From NCBI RefSeq assembly GCF_036507355.1, contig NZ_AP027877.1: a DNA stretch of 64,000 bases; one strand, 5' to 3'. Position numbers and translations under genes: made by a program. Below the pieces are notes generated by a model. The model saw only the letters and a list, made by a program, of their open reading frames with translations. It did not search any database and was not told the DNA's origin. Shown piece after piece: positions 60,208-64,000 of the stretch. Every line of letters begins with the position of its first letter. Within the stretch, counting starts at the first letter, position 1. Origin of the DNA: Escherichia coli. Lineage in GTDB: Bacteria > Pseudomonadota > Gammaproteobacteria > Enterobacterales > Enterobacteriaceae.

Positions 60208-60249
60208 AAATACTGCTTTTTGAATTTTTAGTTCAATTCTTTAAAGTCG

Positions 60250-60336
60250 TGGTGCGAGGGGGGGGACTTGAACCCCCACGTCCGTAAGGACACTAACACC
60301 TGAAGCTAGCGCGTCTACCAATTCCGCCACCTTCGC
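60250..60336 (-). tRNA. leuT: tRNA-Leu (long variable arm)
   Basis: Minus strand reads GCGAAGGTGGCGGAATTGGTAGACGCGCTAGCTTCAGGTGTTAGTGTCCTTACGGACGTGGGGGTTCAAGTCCCCCCCCTCGCACCA. Confidence 0.95.
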
Positions 60337-60356
60337 ATTGTCACAACTTCTAATAA

Positions 60357-60433
60357 TGGGGTGGCTAATGGGATTCGAACCCACGACAACTGGAATCACA
60401 ATCCAGGGCTCTACCAACTGAGCTATAGCCACC
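60357..60433 (-). tRNA. hisR: tRNA-His
   Basis: Minus strand reads GGTGGCTATAGCTCAGTTGGTAGAGCCCTGGATTGTGATTCCAGTTGTCGTGGGTTCGAATCCCATTAGCCACCCCA. Confidence 0.95.
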
Positions 60434-60490
60434 ACTACAAATCTTGTTACGCGGTATTACTACCACCGCAGCTCAAGCGCCGGGACTAAA

Positions 60491-60567
<77 letters not shown>

Positions 60568-60669
60568 TTAGCGCCGTTGCGGGGGTGGATAATACGGACT
60601 TCCCACCCCTCTGTCTAGTCCCTTTTTAAATAAATTGCGCGTTTGGTTACGGTTTGTGCGTTTTGTTGC

Positions 60670-62055
60670 TTATTCCTCCAGTTTATGCGCTTTCCCGTGG
60701 CGATTAAGGCCAAAAACTTTATAAATCGCCGTCACCGCCAGCATAAAGATGATGCCAACAAACAGCGACATACGCGTATCTTCATTAAAGTACATGCCGA
60801 TCAAAACGCAAATCAGGAATGCCATTGTTACGTAGTTGGCCCACGGGAACAGGATTGAGCGGAACGGATGGCTGGCAATCGCCGCTTTATGTGCACGCCG
60901 AAAACGCAGCTGGCTTATCAATATCACAAACCATGGCACCATCCCCGGAAGCACGCTGGCACTGTAGACGTAGACAAACACACGCTGCGGATTGGGAATG
61001 ATGTAGTTCAGGCATGAGCCAATTAGCAGAATAGCAATAGATACTGCCACACCCGCAACTGGTACGCCGTGACGGGAAACTTTCGCCATCGCCGCCGGTA
61101 ACTGACGGTTTTTCGCCAGTGCGTAGAGCATACGTCCGCAACTGTACATGCCGCTGTTACAGCCAGAGAGCGCAGCCGTCAGCACCACAAAGTTGATAAT
61201 GCCCGCCGCTGCGGTAATACCGATTTTGGCAAAAGTCAGTACGAACGGGCTGCCGTTGCTGCCTATTTCATTCCACGGGAAGATGGTGACGATAACGAAA
61301 ATCGCGCCTACGTAGAAAATCAGGATCCGCCACAGCACCTTGCCTACGGCACTGCGCAGCGTCACCTGCGGATTCTTCGCTTCACCGGCAGTAATGCCAA
61401 TCAGCTCCACGCCCTGGTAGGACGCCACCACAATACACAGCGCGGTCAGGAACCCTTTCCAGCCACCCGCAAAGAAACCGCCATGCTCTGTGAGATTGCT
61501 AAAACCAATCGACTGCCCGCCATTGCCAAAGCCAAAGAAAATCACGCCCAGGCCAATGACAATCATCACGATAATCGTGGTGACTTTGATCATCGCGAAC
61601 CAGAACTCGATTTCGCCGTACAACCGCACCGCCGCCAGATTCGCCAACGCCACCAGCGCCACTGCGATCAATGCGGGTATCCACTGCGCCATCTCCGGGA
61701 ACCAGAACTGGACATAAACGCCAATGGCGGTGATTTCAGAGATCCCCACCGCCATCCACATAAACCAGTAAGACCAGGCGGTGAGATAGCCAAAGAACGG
61801 GCTCATATAACGATGCGCATAAACGGCGAACGAACCGGTAACCGGTTCGAGGAACAACATTTCGCCCATTGAACGCATGATGAAAAAGACGAACAGCCCG
61901 GCGATGATATAGGCCAACAATACGGATGGCCCGGCCCATTTCAGGGTACTGGCGGCCCCCATAAACAGGCCGACGCCAATGGTGCCCCCCAGGGCGATGA
62001 GTTCGATATGTCGAGCTTCCAGCCCACGCTGTAGCTCTGGTTTGTTATCTGCCAT
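60670..62055 (-). CDS. yifK: APC-family amino acid permease YifK
   Basis: 461-aa polytopic [39 protein letters not shown]. Confidence 0.92.
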
Positions 62056-62245
62056 AAATCCTCGTGTTGTGTTTGCATGCTTTCCGGTGTTACCGGTTAT
62101 CGTTATGGGTACATCGAGTGTTGCGAATGTTTTCGTAATTCAGGAGAAATGGCAAATAAAGCATTAAAAATTTGAATGCTTTGTGTAATAAAAAAGCAGA
62201 CAGGCGACGGAGTGACCACTCCGTCGCTTTACAAAGAGAGGAAAA

Positions 62246-62986
62246 TCAGAGGTTGCCGGTGTAGTGCCAGCGTAAATAACGCAGCAAACGAAGCTGACGC
62301 TTAATGCGGCTCGGCTGCGAAAGCAGGCGGTAGAGCCACTCCAGTCCCAGCGTTTGCCAGATTTTCGGTGCGCGTTTTACGTGACCGGTGAAAACATCGT
62401 AAGTCCCGCCAACGCCCATATACAGCGCATCTGGATGCACCAGACGGCAGTCGCGCATGAAGATCTCCTGCTTTGGCGATCCCATCGCAACGGTGACGAT
62501 TTGCGCTCCGCTGGCATGAATGCGTTCAAACAGCGCCTGACGCTGCTCGGGTTTAAAATAACCATCCTGACTGCCAACGATATTCACATTCCATTGGTTG
62601 CGCAGTTTAGCTTCAGTTTGCGCCAGCACTTCAGGTTTACCGCCCACAAGAAATACCGGCGTCCCTTCTTTGCCTGCGCGCGCCATCAGCTCTTCCCAGA
62701 GATCGGCACCGGCAACGCGGGAAACCTGCGCCTGCGGGTACTTTTTACGTACTGAACGTACAACGCTGATGCCATCCGCATATTTAAATTCGGCAGCGTT
62801 AATTAACTCCCTGACCTCGGCGTTATCTTCAATGGTCAGCATTTTTTCAGCATTAATGGCAACCAGCGTTCCCTGCTTAAGCTGCCCGTCAGCAAACAGA
62901 TAATCGAGGGCGTGCTGCATATCACGCCAACCAATCAACTGTAAGCCACGCAGCGTATAGGTCGGTGCCGTGGTGTTGTTATTCAT
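62246..62986 (-). CDS. wecG: UDP-N-acetyl-D-mannosaminuronic acid transferase WecG (ECA biosynthesis)
   Basis: 246-aa ORF; start overlaps the wzyE stop region. Confidence 0.9.
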
Positions 62987-62988
62987 TG

Positions 62989-64000
62989 TTATCCTTCAAC
63001 CTGCGTCCGGAGCGATGATTTTGTACGTTTATGAATGAGTCCGGCGCTTTCAAAAAGCCAGTACAACAGTTTTGCGATCATCAGACATGCGCCGAAGACC
63101 ACGATAAAAAAGACTACGCGTGAGACAAACGAATCCAGCCCTTCACGTGCCAGCACGATCATATTGAAGATCGCCCCAAAGCAGAAACTGTGCAATATCG
63201 CAGCCTTATAGCGATTAGTCTCGCGGTTGCCCAGCTCATACAGCCAGTCGAACCATTTGATGATCAGTCCAACCACAATCGCCCCGAGCGGGATGAACAA
63301 CGCGCCGCCCATCACCACCAGTGAGCCTATAAGCGTAGGCGAGATCGCCAGTCCGGAGTGGTTATTCAGCACTTCCCAGGTAAAGTAGTTGGCTGAGTTC
63401 AGCACCATACTCGGGCGACCCGGCCACAGCCAGGAAGGGATAAAGACATAGAAATCGCGGACAATTGGAGCCAGGCCCTGGAAGTCGATGTTGTCGTAGT
63501 TCTGCAACAGCAACGCCAGATTCTCCCACGGCGAGAAGGTGTCGCGAGTGAGATAGAGAAACGTATAGAACGCTTCATCGCCGCTCACATTCATTCCATA
63601 GCGTTTTAGCGCCAGCCAGAACATGCCAACAATCCCCAGCACGCCCGCCGCCGCCAGCATCCACAACGAAATCCAGCCGCGAATAATGCCAATAAACAGG
63701 AAGATAGCGAATGCGATGATGATATTGGCGCGAGTGCCGCCGACAATCATATAAGTCAGCAAGCCAAAGGCGACCGTGCTGACGAGGAAAAACAGCCACG
63801 CTTTGCTGTCCTGGCGCAGAAAATAGACCACCAGCATCGCCGGGATGAAAAAGTAAAAGAAGCGTTTTAACGCCACGCCGGAGACTTCACTGGAAAAGAT
63901 CTGACTGTAGGAGTTAAGCCGGAACAGCAAAAAGCCGTTGTGCATGAAGAAGATGCCGACGCTTACCAGCGCGATACCCATCAGGATCACCCACATAAGA
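62989..64000 (-). CDS. wzyE: ECA polysaccharide polymerase WzyE, C-terminal part (gene continues past the window end)
   Basis: Polytopic membrane ORF open to the window edge; the M at 63996 is internal. Confidence 0.85.

Overview
This window is an Escherichia coli-type chromosomal segment, colinear with (and inverted relative to) the K-12 hemG-trkH-pepQ-fadBA-fre-ubiD-rfaH-tatDCBA-ubiBJE-rmuC-udp-ysgA-metE-metR-yigM-yigL-pldB-rhtBC-recQ-pldA-yigI-rarD-corA-yigE-uvrD-xerC-dapF-cyaY-cyaA-hemCDXY-aslAB-tRNA-yifK-wecG-wzyE region. Gene identities come from reading the six-frame translations against remembered protein sequences; no database search was run. Against that conserved backbone, several blocks stand out because they are absent from the K-12 gene order as I recall it: (1) an AT-rich insert between ysgA and metE carrying an Hcp-fold protein with a ~210-aa C-terminal extension (an 'evolved Hcp' type VI effector candidate) and an overlapping small downstream ORF, a likely orphan toxin/immunity pair and the strongest candidate for an undescribed system; (2) an AT-rich insert between yigF and corA, bounded by a duplicated corA 3' end, with two unassigned ORFs and a probable frameshift; (3) two tandem, translationally coupled paralogous secreted repeat proteins between yifL and cyaY; (4) a signal-peptide-bearing SAM hydroxide adenosyltransferase-like ORF between yigE and uvrD; (5) a 1070-bp IS30-family (ISApl1-like) element inserted in aslB with a 2-bp target duplication. 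Also present are the GlmZ sRNA, the argX-hisR-leuT-proM tRNA operon, several REP/RIP elements, a FadR operator, and an in-frame amber codon in yigF. No CRISPR array or rRNA was seen.
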